Source of the DNA: Escherichia coli
GTDB taxonomy: Bacteria > Pseudomonadota > Gammaproteobacteria > Enterobacterales > Enterobacteriaceae
Assembly: GCF_030384885.1 (NCBI RefSeq)
Contig: NZ_CP128613.1
Length of the DNA: 64,000 nucleotides
Strand: one strand, 5' to 3'
Shown: positions 34,828 through 48,106 of the stretch, piece after piece
Numbering within the stretch: the first letter of the stretch is position 1
Layout: the number at the start of each line of letters is the position of its first letter
Notes under the pieces: model-generated
The model's database searches: none
What the model was told of the DNA's origin: nothing
The model's input: the letters and a program-made list of their open reading frames with translations, nothing else
Translations under genes and position numbers: made by a program

Positions 34828-35154
34828 TTATTTGTTATTACTGCGAATTTCCTGCCAGACTTTATCACAATCGGTTTTCACCGCCTGATCATTTCCGGTT
34901 TGCGTCGCACGCAGACACTGCTGATAATCCAGTACGCGTACACTTTCCTGCTCGGCAAATTGCTGATGTTGTTTCTCTTTCTTCAGCACGTTTAACACGC
35001 TCTGACAGGCTTCAATTTTTTCCGGCGAACCTTGCGCGGTGTTGATACAGGCGCTGTAAGCTTCTTTCAGATGGCTGTCTTCCTGTGGCGCGGTGGATTG
35101 TGCACAAGCCACCAGCCCCGATGCCATCATGGCGATGAGAATCAGTTTTTTCAT
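34828..35154 (-). CDS. chiQ: Chitosugar-induced lipoprotein
   Basis: 108-aa ORF with lipobox (LVACAQ), immediately downstream of chiP. Confidence 0.8.
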   Translation of the reverse strand: MKKLILIAMMASGLVACAQSTAPQEDSHLKEAYSACINTAQGSPEKIEACQSVLNVLKKEKQHQQFAEQESVRVLDYQQCLRATQTGNDQAVKTDCDKVWQEIRSNNK

Positions 35155-35203
35155 TGCAAATTCCTCAAACGTGCGGCAGGCACAAAACCTGCCGCGTCGG
35201 GCA

Positions 35204-36610
35204 TCAGAAGATGGTGAATGGTGCGATTACCATGAATTTCACGTCGCGCTCATCCTGGAAGATGTTACCGTAACCACCGCCCCAGCTTGGGATGTCGGAG
35301 TGGTTGTCGTATTCGGTGAAGTGCAGTTTGAACATCGTGCCTTTGGCGCGACCGTCCTGAATGGTGTAGACCGCATCCAGGCTGTAGGCAGACTCTTCAA
35401 TAGTCCGGTTTTTGTCGTAGTACGCATCCGGATTGCTCTGCCAGGTCGCAGGTTTAGCATCCCATGCGTAAACGTAGGAAGCGCCGATGGCGAAGCCTGG
35501 AAGATTCCAGTTTTTCAGGTCATACATCGCACCGAAGAAGACCGCTTTTTCGCCGTTAGCGTTGAAGTCGGAACGGTTATCCCACCAGATATCCAGGCGA
35601 CCGTTCGAGGAAGCGTAGGTTGGAGTCATACGTTGCAGGAAGTATCCCTGCTGACCGTCGGCTTTAACCCAGGTGCCTTCCAGACGCAAATCCACTACGT
35701 CAGCCGCCCGGTAACCAAAGGTCAACGCTTGCAGCCAGGCAGTGCCGTCGTAAAGGTCGTTGACGCTGCGATCGTCAACTTTATCGCGCGTACCGTAGAA
35801 CTGGTAGCTGGTGGTTAACGGGCTACCGGCGATATCAAATTTATAGCTGGCTTTGGCAAAATACTGATCAATATACCCTTCCGCCTGACCAAACGCCGCT
35901 TCCAGTACGAAGTTATTTTTGAAGTCGTACTTCGCCCCAAGGGAGTGTAGATAATCAACTTTGGTGGTTTTATCGTTCTGATAAAACTCATCCATTTCCA
36001 GATGCCACGGCGCTTTATATTCGTTGGTCCACATGTAGGAGAAACTCAACGCACCAGCATCGCCGTAATCAAAATTCGCCCCCGCTTCCGCCCCCTGATA
36101 AGTACCCGGCATAAAGCTCCAGTGCGGCGCTAACAGCGTCTGACCGGTTGGCTGAATATAACCTGCCCGCGCCCACACCGGACCGTATTTAAATTTGGCC
36201 GCTGCTTTATACAGGCTTATACCGCTTTTATCGCCGGACCAGTCTTCGTCATAGGCTTTATTGCTTTTTGAAAACGCGATTTCGTTCGGGTGAGAACTGT
36301 CGCCGTTTTCCGCCATTTCAATCGCCGTAAACGCAGCAATATCAAGGCCGAACATATCAGCAGCATAACCAGACTGAAAATCGAGGTTGGCATTCCAGGT
36401 GGAGTGAGAAAGGTTGGTTTTGTATTTGTCGCCGTCGGTAACGTCTTTACGGTCGCGTTCACGCTGCCAGTAATAGATACCGCCGGTTAAGGTTGAATCG
36501 TCGATGAATCCTTCGGCGCGAGCCTCCGGCATTGCCATAAAGCCCGACATTGCTGTAACACCGGCGATAGCCAGCGCCAGCGTACTACGTTTGCCACTAA
36601 ACGTACGCAT
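35204..36610 (-). CDS. chiP: Chitoporin (OprD-family outer-membrane porin)
   Basis: 468-aa ORF with signal peptide and C-terminal aromatic residue (F) typical of beta-barrel OMPs. Confidence 0.85.
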   Translation of the reverse strand: MRTFSGKRSTLALAIAGVTAMSGFMAMPEARAEGFIDDSTLTGGIYYWQRERDRKDVTDGDKYKTNLSHSTWNANLDFQSGYAADMFGLDIAAFTAIEMAENGDSSHPNEIAFSKSNKAYDEDWSGDKSGISLYKAAAKFKYGPVWARAGYIQPTGQTLLAPHWSFMPGTYQGAEAGANFDYGDAGALSFSYMWTNEYKAPWHLEMDEFYQNDKTTKVDYLHSLGAKYDFKNNFVLEAAFGQAEGYIDQYFAKASYKFDIAGSPLTTSYQFYGTRDKVDDRSVNDLYDGTAWLQALTFGYRAADVVDLRLEGTWVKADGQQGYFLQRMTPTYASSNGRLDIWWDNRSDFNANGEKAVFFGAMYDLKNWNLPGFAIGASYVYAWDAKPATWQSNPDAYYDKNRTIEESAYSLDAVYTIQDGRAKGTMFKLHFTEYDNHSDIPSWGGGYGNIFQDERDVKFMVIAPFTIF

Positions 36611-37009
36611 GGGTTAATCCTCTTTGACGTATAAATTGCTGCACCAAAGGTGAACAGCGAAAAAAAATAAAAATTAAAAAAGTAGCGTTGAGAAAAGTCT
36701 CGCTGACTACAGGAACAGACTATTTTTCGCGACGCGAATTATCAATCTCTTTCTGTAACCAGAATGTAAGAACATGAGCAACCGCACATATTTTGATGAT
36801 TTTTGTTACAAGGCTTAAGTTTGCAGTTGAAAGGCTTGCAGAAGAATAAAAGCGTGAATTTCCAGCAAGATGAAAACGGTTACATTTTATTTAATTATGG
36901 TTTGTGATTTTAAATTTGTTTTATGGATAAATTGCGAAGCGGAATTAATTCGCGAAGAAAAGCAGAAAAAAACGCCGCAGAGCGCGGCGTTTTGGATTGT
37001 TTGCATGTT

Positions 37010-37180
37010 TCATGCCGGATGCGGCGTGAACGCCTTATCCGGCCTACAAAAGCACGCAAATTCAATATATGGCAGAGATCATGTAGGCCTGATAAGCGTA
37101 GCGCATCAGGCAATTTAGCGTTTGAAACTGTTTCTATGTTTCTTGCCGGATGTGGCGTAAATGCCTCACCCGGCCTGGTA
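37010..37180. repeat. REP/BIME cluster (three REP units) between chiP and glnS
   Basis: gccggatgcggcgtgaacgccttatccggcctac ... gcctgataagcgtagcgcatcaggc ... gccggatgtggcgtaaatgcctcacccggcc. Confidence 0.75.
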
Positions 37181-37190
37181 GAACTTAAAA

Positions 37191-38855
37191 CTACTCGCCT
37201 ACTTTCGCCCAGGTATCACGCAGCCCAACGGTGCGGTTAAATACCGGTTTTTCCGCCGTAGAATGGCGGCTGTCGAGGCAGAAATAACCTTCACGCTCAA
37301 ACTGGAATGCTTTACCCGCTACCGCGTCTTTCAGCGACGGTTCAGCAAAGCCCTGTTTGATCACCAACGATTCCGGGTTAATCACCGACAGGAAATCATC
37401 CGCAGCACCTGGGTTCGGCACGCTGAACAAACGATCGTACAGACGAATTTCTACCGGCAGCGCATGTGCCGCGCTCACCCAGTGAATAACACCTTTGACT
37501 TTACGACCATCTGCCGGATCTTTGCTTAAGGTGTCAGCATCATAAGTACAGAAGATAGTGGTGATATTGCCTTCGGCATCTTTCTCCACGCGTTCTGCCT
37601 TAATGACGTAAGCATTACGCAGACGCACTTCTTTACCCAGCACCAGACGTTTGTACTGCTTGTTAGCTTCTTCGCGGAAATCGGCGCGATCGATCCAAAT
37701 CTCACCGCTAAACGGCACCTGACGGCTGCCCATTTCCGGTTTATTCGGATGATTCGGCATGGTAACCATTTCGCCTTCGCCCTGATAGTTTTCGATAACC
37801 AGTTTCACCGGATCGATAACCGCCATTGCGCGCGGAGCATTCTCATTGAGATCTTCACGGATGCAGGATTCCAGCGACGCCATCTCAATGGTGTTGTCCT
37901 GCTTGGTCACGCCAATGCGTTTGCAGAACTCACGAATAGAAGCCGCCGTGTAACCACGACGACGCAGACCGGAAATAGTCGGCATACGCGGATCATCCCA
38001 GCCTTCAACGTGCTTGTCGGTCACCAGCAGGTTCAGCTTACGCTTGGACATCACGGTGTATTCCAGATTCAGGCGCGAGAATTCGTACTGGCGCGGGTGA
38101 ACAGGAATGGTGATGTTGTCCAGTACCCAGTCATACAGACGACGGTTATCCTGGAACTCCAGCGTACACAGAGAGTGTGTAATACCTTCCAGCGCATCGC
38201 TGATGCAGTGGGTGAAGTCGTACATCGGGTAGATACACCACTTGTTACCGGTCTGGTGGTGTTCAGCAAACTTAATGCGGTACAGCACCGGATCGCGCAT
38301 CACGATAAACGGCGAAGCCATGTCGATTTTCGCGCGCAGGCAGGCTTTACCTTCTTCAAAACCACCGGTACGCATTTTTTCGAACAGCGCCAGGTTCTCT
38401 TCAACGCTACGGTCGCGGTACGGGCTGTTTTTACCCGGCTGAGTCAGGGTGCCACGGTATTCGCGGATCTGTTCCGGTGTCAGTTCATCAACATACGCCA
38501 AGCCTTTATTGATCAGTTCGATCGCATAGGCGTGGAGCTGATCAAAATAATCGGAGGAGTAACGGACGTTACCAGACCAGTGAAAACCTAACCACTCTAC
38601 GTCGTTTTTGATCGAATCGACATACTCGATATCTTCTTTTACCGGGTTAGTGTCGTCGAAACGCAGGTTGCACTGGCCTTTATAGTCCTGGGCGATCCCG
38701 AAGTTCAGGCAGATAGATTTCGCATGGCCAATATGCAGATAGCCATTCGGCTCCGGCGGGAAACGGGTGTGTACTGTGGTGTGCTTACCACTGGCCAGAT
38801 CTTCATCGATGATCTGACGGATAAAGTTAGTCGGGCGGGCTTCTGCCTCACTCAT
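37191..38855 (-). CDS. glnS: Glutaminyl-tRNA synthetase
   Basis: 554-aa ORF with class I HIGH ([14 protein letters not shown]) and KMSKS-type (VMSKR) motifs. Confidence 0.95.
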   Translation of the reverse strand: MSEAEARPTNFIRQIIDEDLASGKHTTVHTRFPPEPNGYLHIGHAKSICLNFGIAQDYKGQCNLRFDDTNPVKEDIEYVDSIKNDVEWLGFHWSGNVRYSSDYFDQLHAYAIELINKGLAYVDELTPEQIREYRGTLTQPGKNSPYRDRSVEENLALFEKMRTGGFEEGKACLRAKIDMASPFIVMRDPVLYRIKFAEHHQTGNKWCIYPMYDFTHCISDALEGITHSLCTLEFQDNRRLYDWVLDNITIPVHPRQYEFSRLNLEYTVMSKRKLNLLVTDKHVEGWDDPRMPTISGLRRRGYTAASIREFCKRIGVTKQDNTIEMASLESCIREDLNENAPRAMAVIDPVKLVIENYQGEGEMVTMPNHPNKPEMGSRQVPFSGEIWIDRADFREEANKQYKRLVLGKEVRLRNAYVIKAERVEKDAEGNITTIFCTYDADTLSKDPADGRKVKGVIHWVSAAHALPVEIRLYDRLFSVPNPGAADDFLSVINPESLVIKQGFAEPSLKDAVAGKAFQFEREGYFCLDSRHSTAEKPVFNRTVGLRDTWAKVGE

Positions 38856-39057
38856 CGTGGATTCCTCAAAGCGTAAACAACGTATAACGGCGTATGATCT
38901 TATAAGCGGGACAGGCTGACAACTGTTAGTTTTTTAAAATTGATAATCTAACAGAGATTATGGGGATGATTGTTGAAAAAAAAAGCGGCAGAGAAGATCC
39001 CTGCCGCTTTTTATTGTTGGATGCGACGCTGCCGTGTCGCATCAGGCATGAAGCAGA

Positions 39058-41004
39058 TTACTTTTTGATTTCATACAGCGGCGTTTGACCCGCCACAACA
39101 TGACCCTGAGCTTTAATGATAAGGCCGCTGAAATCGTCGATATTGCTGCAAACCACCGGGCTAATCATCGAACGGGCGTTAGCGTTCAGGTAATCCAGAT
39201 CCATTTCCAGAATCGGTTGCCCTGCGCTTACTTGCGCCCCCTCTTCCACCAGACGTTTAAAGCCTTTGCCTTCCAGCGCTACGGTGTCGATACCCATATG
39301 GACGACAATCTCAGCGCCTTTTTCGGTTTCCAGGCAGAACGCGTGATTGGTGTTGAAGATTTTCACGATTGTCCCTGCGGCTGGCGATACGACGATTTTA
39401 TCCGTCGGTTTCACCGCCACACCGTCACCCACCGCTTTGCTGGCAAATGCTTCGTCAGGAACCTGATCCAGCGCCACAACATCACCGGTAATCGGCGATA
39501 CCAGCTCCGCGACAGACACCGCGTTTGGTACGGCCTGCGGTTTTGCTACAGGCACGGTAGTTGCAGGCGCAGTTTCAGCAGAGGCGGCTGCTACCGGACC
39601 ACGGGCAACGACTTTCTTCATTGCATCGCCAATGGATTCCGCTTTCGCGCCAACAATCACCTGAATAGTCTGTTTGTTCAGTTTTACCACCCCAGAAGCA
39701 CCCAGACGTTTACACATCGCATCGTTGACGCGAGCTGAGTCAGCCACCGTCAGGCGCAGACGAGTAATACAGGCGTCAATGGCTTTCAGGTTGTCAGTGC
39801 CGCCAACCGCAGCAATATAGTTGGTCGCCAGTTGATTGAGACCTTCTTCAGTGTTGCTGTTGGCTTCTTCAGTAACGATCTCGTCTTCTTTATCTTCGCG
39901 ACCCGGCGTTTTCAGATTGAACATGCGGATAACCACACTGAACACCACGAAGTAGATAGCGAAGAACACAACCCCCATCACCAGCAGCATCCAGACGTTC
40001 TGGCTGGCGGCCGGCAGGTTATACATCAACGCGTAGTCGATAGCCCCCGCAGAGAAGGAGAAGCCCGCGTGGATACCCAGCAGCGTTGCCACAAACAGGC
40101 TGATACCGGTCAGCAGTGCGTGCAGGAGGTACAGCAGCGGTGCAAGGAACATGAACAGGAATTCCAGCGGCTCAGTCACACCGGTCAGGAACGCAGTAAC
40201 AGCAACAGAAAGCAGCATACCGCCAACCATCGGACGACGCTCTTTCGGTGCTGCGAAGTACATCGCCAGCGCTGCACCCGGCAGACCGAACATCATAATC
40301 GGGAAGAAGCCGGACATGAACATCCCCGCCGTGCCGTCACCGGCATAGAAGCGGTTAATGTCGCCGTGGAAAACAGTACCCGCCGCGTTGGTGAATTCAC
40401 CAATCTGGAACCAGGCGATGGTGTTCAGCACCTGATGCAGACCGGTTGGGATCAGCAGACGGTTGATGAAACCAAAGATACCGGAACCCAGCGCGCCCGC
40501 AGAAACGATCCATTCGCCGCCTGCATGGATAGCGTGCTGTACCGGTGGCCAGACGTAACCAAAAATGGCCGCCAGCACCAGGCAGAAGAAGCCGGTGGCG
40601 ATCGGCACAAAACGTTTGCCGCCGAAGAAGCTCAGGAAGTCCGGCAGTTTAATATCGGACCAACGGTTATAGGCAGCACCACCGACCAGACCGGTAATGA
40701 TACCCGCCAGTACACCCATGTTAATTTCTGGGTTGATGGTCACCATCGCTTTGGTTAACACAAAGTAACCGACCGCACCCGCCAGCGCCGCCGCACCTGC
40801 GCTGTCTTTCGACCAGCTGGATGCCACACCGATGGCGAAGATTAATGCGAGGTTATCAAAAATCGCACCGCCCGCCTGGGCAATAAACGCAACGTTAAGT
40901 AAATCTGGCTGACCGAATCGCAGCAACAGTGCCGCCACCGGCAGCACCGCGATAGGGAGCTGTAACGCCCTACCGAGTCGCTGGAAAAAACCTAAAATAT
41001 TCAT
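39058..41004 (-). CDS. nagE: PTS N-acetylglucosamine-specific EIICBA component
   Basis: 648-aa ORF, membrane EIIC domain plus EIIB/EIIA domains; divergent from nagB. Confidence 0.9.
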   Translation of the reverse strand: MNILGFFQRLGRALQLPIAVLPVAALLLRFGQPDLLNVAFIAQAGGAIFDNLALIFAIGVASSWSKDSAGAAALAGAVGYFVLTKAMVTINPEINMGVLAGIITGLVGGAAYNRWSDIKLPDFLSFFGGKRFVPIATGFFCLVLAAIFGYVWPPVQHAIHAGGEWIVSAGALGSGIFGFINRLLIPTGLHQVLNTIAWFQIGEFTNAAGTVFHGDINRFYAGDGTAGMFMSGFFPIMMFGLPGAALAMYFAAPKERRPMVGGMLLSVAVTAFLTGVTEPLEFLFMFLAPLLYLLHALLTGISLFVATLLGIHAGFSFSAGAIDYALMYNLPAASQNVWMLLVMGVVFFAIYFVVFSVVIRMFNLKTPGREDKEDEIVTEEANSNTEEGLNQLATNYIAAVGGTDNLKAIDACITRLRLTVADSARVNDAMCKRLGASGVVKLNKQTIQVIVGAKAESIGDAMKKVVARGPVAAASAETAPATTVPVAKPQAVPNAVSVAELVSPITGDVVALDQVPDEAFASKAVGDGVAVKPTDKIVVSPAAGTIVKIFNTNHAFCLETEKGAEIVVHMGIDTVALEGKGFKRLVEEGAQVSAGQPILEMDLDYLNANARSMISPVVCSNIDDFSGLIIKAQGHVVAGQTPLYEIKK

Positions 41005-41126
41005 CTTATTCCCCCTACGAGAACCCTATTTGGCTCGTTTAAAGCCGTATTTTTATTTTGCTGCAAATTGTACTGCCGATGTTCTGTAATCAGATTGTTA
41101 GATCATCTGCTACAGAGTGTGTGAAA

Positions 41127-41150
41127 ATTTAATTCGTATCGCAAATTAAA
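41127..41150. promoter_or_regulatory. NagC operator in nagE-nagB divergent control region
   Basis: aatttaattcgtatcgcaaattaaa: AT-rich inverted repeat (TTAATT-N-AATTAA) resembling NagC/Mlc boxes. Confidence 0.55.
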
Positions 41151-41336
41151 CGCGTGTCTTTTGTGAGTTTTGTCACCAAATATCGTTATCATCACTCCCT
41201 TTTACTGGCTAAACCAGAAAACTTATTTTATCATTCAAAAAATCAGGTCGGATTGACGCCTGTCTGCGCAAATCCAGGTTACGCTTAAAGATGCCTAATC
41301 CGCCAACGGCTTACATTTTACTTACTGAGGTGAATA

Positions 41337-43345
<2,009 letters not shown>

Positions 43346-43353
43346 GAGAAAGT

Positions 43354-44574
43354 ATGACACCAGGCGGACAAGCTCAGATAGGTAATGTTGATCTCGTAAA
43401 ACAGCTTAACAGCGCGGCGGTTTATCGCCTGATTGACCAGTATGGGCCAATCTCGCGGATTCAGATTGCCGAGCAAAGCCAGCTTGCCCCCGCCAGCGTA
43501 ACCAAGATTACGCGTCAGCTTATCGAACGCGGGCTGATCAAAGAAGTTGATCAGCAGGCCTCCACCGGGGGCCGCCGCGCTATCTCCATTGTCACCGAAA
43601 CCCGCAATTTCCACGCAATCGGCGTACGGCTTGGTCGTCACGACGCCACCATCACCCTGTTTGATCTCAGCAGCAAAGTGCTGGCAGAAGAACATTACCC
43701 GCTGCCAGAACGTACCCAGCAGACGCTGGAACATGCCCTACTGAATGCCATTGCTCAGTTTATTGATAGCTACCAGCGCAAACTGCGCGAGCTGATCGCC
43801 ATTTCCGTGATCCTGCCAGGGCTTGTTGACCCGGACAGTGGCAAAATTCATTACATGCCGCATATTCAGGTAGAAAACTGGGGACTGGTAGAAGCACTGG
43901 AAGAACGTTTTAAAGTGACCTGTTTTGTCGGCCACGATATCCGCAGTCTGGCACTGGCAGAGCACTACTTCGGTGCAAGCCAGGATTGCGAAGACTCCAT
44001 TCTGGTGCGTGTGCATCGCGGAACCGGGGCAGGGATTATCTCTAACGGGCGCATTTTTATCGGGCGCAACGGCAACGTCGGTGAAATTGGTCATATTCAG
44101 GTCGAACCGTTGGGTGAACGCTGCCACTGCGGCAACTTCGGTTGTCTGGAAACTATCGCCGCCAACGCTGCCATTGAACAACGGGTGTTGAATCTGTTAA
44201 AGCAGGGCTACCAGAGCCGTGTGCCGCTGGACGACTGCACCATCAAAACTATCTGCAAAGCCGCGAACAAAGGCGACGGTCTGGCGTCGGAAGTGATTGA
44301 GTATGTCGGTCGTCATCTGGGTAAAACCATCGCCATTGCTATCAACTTATTTAATCCGCAAAAAATTGTTATCGCAGGTGAGATCACCGAAGCCGATAAA
44401 GTGCTGCTCCCTGCTATTGAAAGCTGCATTAATACCCAAGCATTGAAGGCATTTCGCACCAATCTGCCCGTGGTACGTTCTGAGCTGGATCACCGCTCGG
44501 CAATCGGCGCTTTTGCGCTGGTAAAACGCGCCATGCTCAACGGTATTTTGCTCCAGCATTTGCTGGAAAATTAA
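43354..44574 (+). CDS. nagC: ROK-family transcriptional regulator NagC
   Basis: 406-aa ORF with N-terminal HTH and ROK domain (CHCGNFGCLE zinc motif). Confidence 0.9.
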   Translation: MTPGGQAQIGNVDLVKQLNSAAVYRLIDQYGPISRIQIAEQSQLAPASVTKITRQLIERGLIKEVDQQASTGGRRAISIVTETRNFHAIGVRLGRHDATITLFDLSSKVLAEEHYPLPERTQQTLEHALLNAIAQFIDSYQRKLRELIAISVILPGLVDPDSGKIHYMPHIQVENWGLVEALEERFKVTCFVGHDIRSLALAEHYFGASQDCEDSILVRVHRGTGAGIISNGRIFIGRNGNVGEIGHIQVEPLGERCHCGNFGCLETIAANAAIEQRVLNLLKQGYQSRVPLDDCTIKTICKAANKGDGLASEVIEYVGRHLGKTIAIAINLFNPQKIVIAGEITEADKVLLPAIESCINTQALKAFRTNLPVVRSELDHRSAIGAFALVKRAMLNGILLQHLLEN

Positions 44575-44621
44575 TGTGCTTTTATAGTGGCGCTTATTGT
44601 TGTCAATATTCTGGGTAGTCC

Positions 44622-45374
44622 ATGACCATTAAAAATGTAATTTGCGATATCGACGGCGTGCTGATGCACGATAACGTCGCCGTACCGGGTGCAGCGGAAT
44701 TTTTGCACGGGATTATGGATAAAGGCCTGCCGCTGGTGTTGCTGACCAACTATCCTTCGCAGACCGGGCAAGATCTGGCGAACCGCTTTGCCACTGCGGG
44801 TGTCGATGTGCCGGACAGCGTGTTTTATACCTCCGCGATGGCGACCGCCGATTTCCTGCGTCGCCAGGAAGGCAAGAAAGCGTATGTGGTGGGCGAAGGC
44901 GCACTGATTCATGAACTGTACAAAGCCGGTTTCACTATTACCGATGTGAACCCTGATTTTGTGATTGTTGGCGAAACGCGTTCCTACAACTGGGACATGA
45001 TGCATAAAGCAGCCTATTTCGTCGCTAACGGTGCACGCTTTATCGCCACCAACCCGGACACCCACGGGCGCGGTTTTTATCCGGCCTGTGGCGCGCTATG
45101 CGCGGGGATCGAAAAAATCTCCGGACGTAAACCGTTCTATGTTGGTAAGCCGAGTCCGTGGATCATCCGCGCAGCATTAAACAAAATGCAGGCGCATTCG
45201 GAAGAAACGGTGATTGTCGGCGATAACTTGCGCACCGACATTCTGGCGGGCTTCCAGGCCGGTCTGGAGACGATTCTGGTGCTTTCTGGTGTTTCATCGC
45301 TCGACGATATCGACAGTATGCCGTTCCGCCCAAGCTGGATTTACCCGTCAGTCGCTGAAATCGACGTTATCTGA
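44622..45374 (+). CDS. umpH: UMP phosphatase (HAD superfamily)
   Basis: 250-aa ORF with HAD motif I (CDIDGVL). Confidence 0.9.
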   Translation: MTIKNVICDIDGVLMHDNVAVPGAAEFLHGIMDKGLPLVLLTNYPSQTGQDLANRFATAGVDVPDSVFYTSAMATADFLRRQEGKKAYVVGEGALIHELYKAGFTITDVNPDFVIVGETRSYNWDMMHKAAYFVANGARFIATNPDTHGRGFYPACGALCAGIEKISGRKPFYVGKPSPWIIRAALNKMQAHSEETVIVGDNLRTDILAGFQAGLETILVLSGVSSLDDIDSMPFRPSWIYPSVAEIDVI

Positions 45375-45377
45375 ATA

Positions 45378-45411
45378 GAAACCACGCCTCAGGGCGTGGT
45401 TTCTTATTTTT
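45378..45411 (+). terminator. Rho-independent terminator of nag operon
   Basis: gaaaccacgcctcagggcgtggtttc hairpin followed by T-run. Confidence 0.75.
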
Positions 45412-45630
45412 ACCGCTTACCAAAACTCGCCCATTCAATAAAACCTGCAAAAAATTATCGATCCATCAATAAACATGCCTCTACACCCTACCTTTTTTCA
45501 TCAATCAGCAATCACCATTACGTTTTTTATTCCCCCCCTGCCAAATCGCTTGCGCACAGTGCTGCTTTGCGGCATTTTTTTAAACAAGCAAACACAACAA
45601 GCAACAAATACCAGGTTAACGGAGAAGGTT

Positions 45631-47295
45631 ATGTGTTCAATTTTTGGCGTATTCGATATCAAAACAGACGCAGTTGAGCTGCGTAAGAAAGCACTCGAGC
45701 TGTCACGCCTGATGCGTCATCGTGGCCCGGACTGGTCCGGTATTTATGCCAGCGATAACGCCATTCTCGCCCACGAACGTCTGTCCATTGTTGACGTTAA
45801 CGCGGGGGCGCAACCTCTCTACAACCAACAAAAAACTCATGTGCTGGCAGTAAACGGTGAAATCTACAACCACCAGGCATTGCGCGCTGAATATGGCGAT
45901 CGTTACCAGTTCCAGACCGGGTCTGACTGTGAAGTGATCCTCGCGCTGTATCAGGAAAAAGGGCCGGAATTTCTCGACGATTTGCAGGGCATGTTCGCTT
46001 TTGCCCTGTACGACAGCGAAAAAGATGCGTATCTGATTGGTCGCGATCATCTGGGGATCATCCCACTGTATATGGGCTATGACGAACATGGTCAGCTGTA
46101 TGTGGCCTCAGAAATGAAAGCCCTGGTGCCGGTATGCCGCACGATTAAAGAGTTCCCGGCGGGGAGCTATTTGTGGAGTCAGGACGGCGAAATCCGTTCT
46201 TATTATCACCGCGACTGGTTCGACTACGATGCGGTGAAAGATAACGTGACCGACAAAAACGAGCTGCGTCAGGCACTGGAAGATTCCGTTAAAAGCCATC
46301 TGATGTCTGATGTGCCTTACGGTGTGCTGCTTTCTGGTGGTCTGGATTCCTCAATTATTTCCGCGATCACCAAGAAATACGCAGCCCGTCGCGTGGAAGA
46401 TCAGGAACGCTCTGAAGCCTGGTGGCCGCAGCTGCACTCCTTTGCTGTAGGTCTGCCGGGTTCACCGGATCTGAAGGCAGCCCAGGAAGTGGCAAACCAT
46501 CTGGGCACTGTGCATCATGAAATTCACTTCACTGTACAGGAAGGTCTGGACGCCATCCGCGACGTGATTTACCACATTGAAACCTATGATGTGACCACTA
46601 TTCGCGCTTCAACACCGATGTATTTAATGTCGCGTAAGATCAAAGCGATGGGCATTAAAATGGTACTGTCCGGTGAAGGTTCTGATGAAGTGTTTGGCGG
46701 TTATCTCTACTTCCACAAAGCGCCGAACGCTAAAGAACTGCATGAAGAGACGGTGCGTAAACTGCTGGCCCTGCATATGTATGACTGCGCGCGTGCCAAC
46801 AAAGCGATGTCAGCCTGGGGCGTGGAAGCACGCGTTCCGTTCCTCGACAAAAAATTCCTTGATGTGGCGATGCGCATTAACCCACAGGATAAAATGTGCG
46901 GTAACGGCAAAATGGAAAAACACATCCTGCGTGAATGTTTTGAAGCGTATCTGCCTGCAAGCGTGGCCTGGCGGCAGAAAGAGCAGTTCTCCGATGGCGT
47001 CGGTTACAGTTGGATAGACACTCTGAAAGAAGTGGCGGCGCAGCAGGTTTCTGATCAACAACTCGAAACTGCCCGTTTCCGCTTCCCGTACAACACGCCG
47101 ACCTCAAAAGAAGCGTATCTGTATCGGGAAATCTTTGAAGAATTGTTCCCGCTTCCGAGCGCCGCAGAGTGCGTACCGGGCGGTCCTTCCGTCGCGTGTT
47201 CTTCCGCTAAAGCGATTGAGTGGGATGAGGCGTTCAAGAAAATGGACGATCCGTCTGGTCGTGCGGTTGGTGTTCACCAGTCGGCGTATAAGTAA
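45631..47295 (+). CDS. asnB: Asparagine synthetase B (glutamine-hydrolysing)
   Basis: ORF 45475..47295; start at MCSIFGVFDIK (N-terminal Cys nucleophile after Met), 554 aa. Confidence 0.95.
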   Translation: MCSIFGVFDIKTDAVELRKKALELSRLMRHRGPDWSGIYASDNAILAHERLSIVDVNAGAQPLYNQQKTHVLAVNGEIYNHQALRAEYGDRYQFQTGSDCEVILALYQEKGPEFLDDLQGMFAFALYDSEKDAYLIGRDHLGIIPLYMGYDEHGQLYVASEMKALVPVCRTIKEFPAGSYLWSQDGEIRSYYHRDWFDYDAVKDNVTDKNELRQALEDSVKSHLMSDVPYGVLLSGGLDSSIISAITKKYAARRVEDQERSEAWWPQLHSFAVGLPGSPDLKAAQEVANHLGTVHHEIHFTVQEGLDAIRDVIYHIETYDVTTIRASTPMYLMSRKIKAMGIKMVLSGEGSDEVFGGYLYFHKAPNAKELHEETVRKLLALHMYDCARANKAMSAWGVEARVPFLDKKFLDVAMRINPQDKMCGNGKMEKHILRECFEAYLPASVAWRQKEQFSDGVGYSWIDTLKEVAAQQVSDQQLETARFRFPYNTPTSKEAYLYREIFEELFPLPSAAECVPGGPSVACSSAKAIEWDEAFKKMDDPSGRAVGVHQSAYK

Positions 47296-47336
47296 GAAAT
47301 GCGGTACTGCCCCGGAGAAATCCGGGGCTGTTTCAG

Positions 47337-47774
47337 TTATTGAGCTGCTTGTTGATTCTGATATGCAGTAAGGAAATGTTCCGGGTTTGCCACATCACTG
47401 TTTGACAACTCATCACTGTAGGCCACCGACCAGGTCGCCTGCTCATCCGGAATATGCAGGCTGCCATTCCCCTCTTTCAGGCGTAATAACTCAAAAGATT
47501 TGCCCTTAATTACGGCGGTATAGGATTTTTCACCTTCCTGTAATGCTTTCACTTTACAGCGAAAAATCTGGCCATCGATGTCATTATCAACATGCGATAC
47601 CTGAATGAGGGCTTCATTAGAGGCTTTCGGCCCTATCCGCATCATCCACACCACAGCGCCTTCCTGCCCACGATAGCCATAAACATATTTACCGATTTCC
47701 GGTTTGACCGTATCGGCAAACGCAGATTGCATGAGTAATAACGCACCCATCAGCGCCGTCATAAAACGCAGCAT
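47337..47774 (-). CDS. Hypothetical secreted/periplasmic protein
   Basis: 145-aa ORF with SD gaggg 7 nt upstream of ATG and a classical signal peptide MLRFMTALMGALLLMQSAFA|DT; no family recognised. Confidence 0.6.
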   Translation of the reverse strand: MLRFMTALMGALLLMQSAFADTVKPEIGKYVYGYRGQEGAVVWMMRIGPKASNEALIQVSHVDNDIDGQIFRCKVKALQEGEKSYTAVIKGKSFELLRLKEGNGSLHIPDEQATWSVAYSDELSNSDVANPEHFLTAYQNQQAAQ

Positions 47775-48037
47775 AGTATTCCCTCAATAAATCGCCTGAA
47801 GTGGTAGCAGAGATGCAGGCGTAGCGATCCCTGCCCTGTCCTGTTGCAACGGGCCAGTATTTCATAGATTAATTTCCTACCACTATTGTTGAATTCCGAA
47901 TTTCATCCTGTATGACAAAAGAATGGCTGTAGGGTGGGGAAAAAACACAAAGTAAACAATAATTGACGAATATAGCGCCACGCTGTTCGCAACCTAACCA
48001 AACAGTCACTTTCGAGCAATTTTCCTTGAAAAAGAGG

Positions 48038-48075
48038 TTGACGCTGCAAGGCTCTATACGCATAATGCGCCCCGC
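48038..48075 (+). promoter_or_regulatory. Sigma70 promoter of the tRNA operon (stable-RNA type)
   Basis: -35 ttgacg (48038..48043), 17-bp spacer, -10 cataat (48061..48066), GC-rich discriminator gcgccccgc; AT-rich UP-like region upstream. Confidence 0.7.
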
Positions 48076-48106
48076 AACGCCGATAAGGTATCGCGAAAAA
48101 AAAGAT

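Noticed and set aside
36611-36900. chiP 5' leader as possible sRNA target or riboswitch
   Set aside because: chiP is a known target of the trans-encoded ChiX sRNA, but I could not identify the pairing site confidently by eye; no independent structural signal seen.
37749-38591. 280-aa + strand ORF antisense to glnS
   Set aside because: Shadow ORF inside glnS.
39832-40758. 308-aa + strand ORF antisense to nagE, and 217-aa ORF 39085..39738
   Set aside because: Shadow ORFs within nagE; His/Arg-rich low-complexity translations, no RBS or promoter context.
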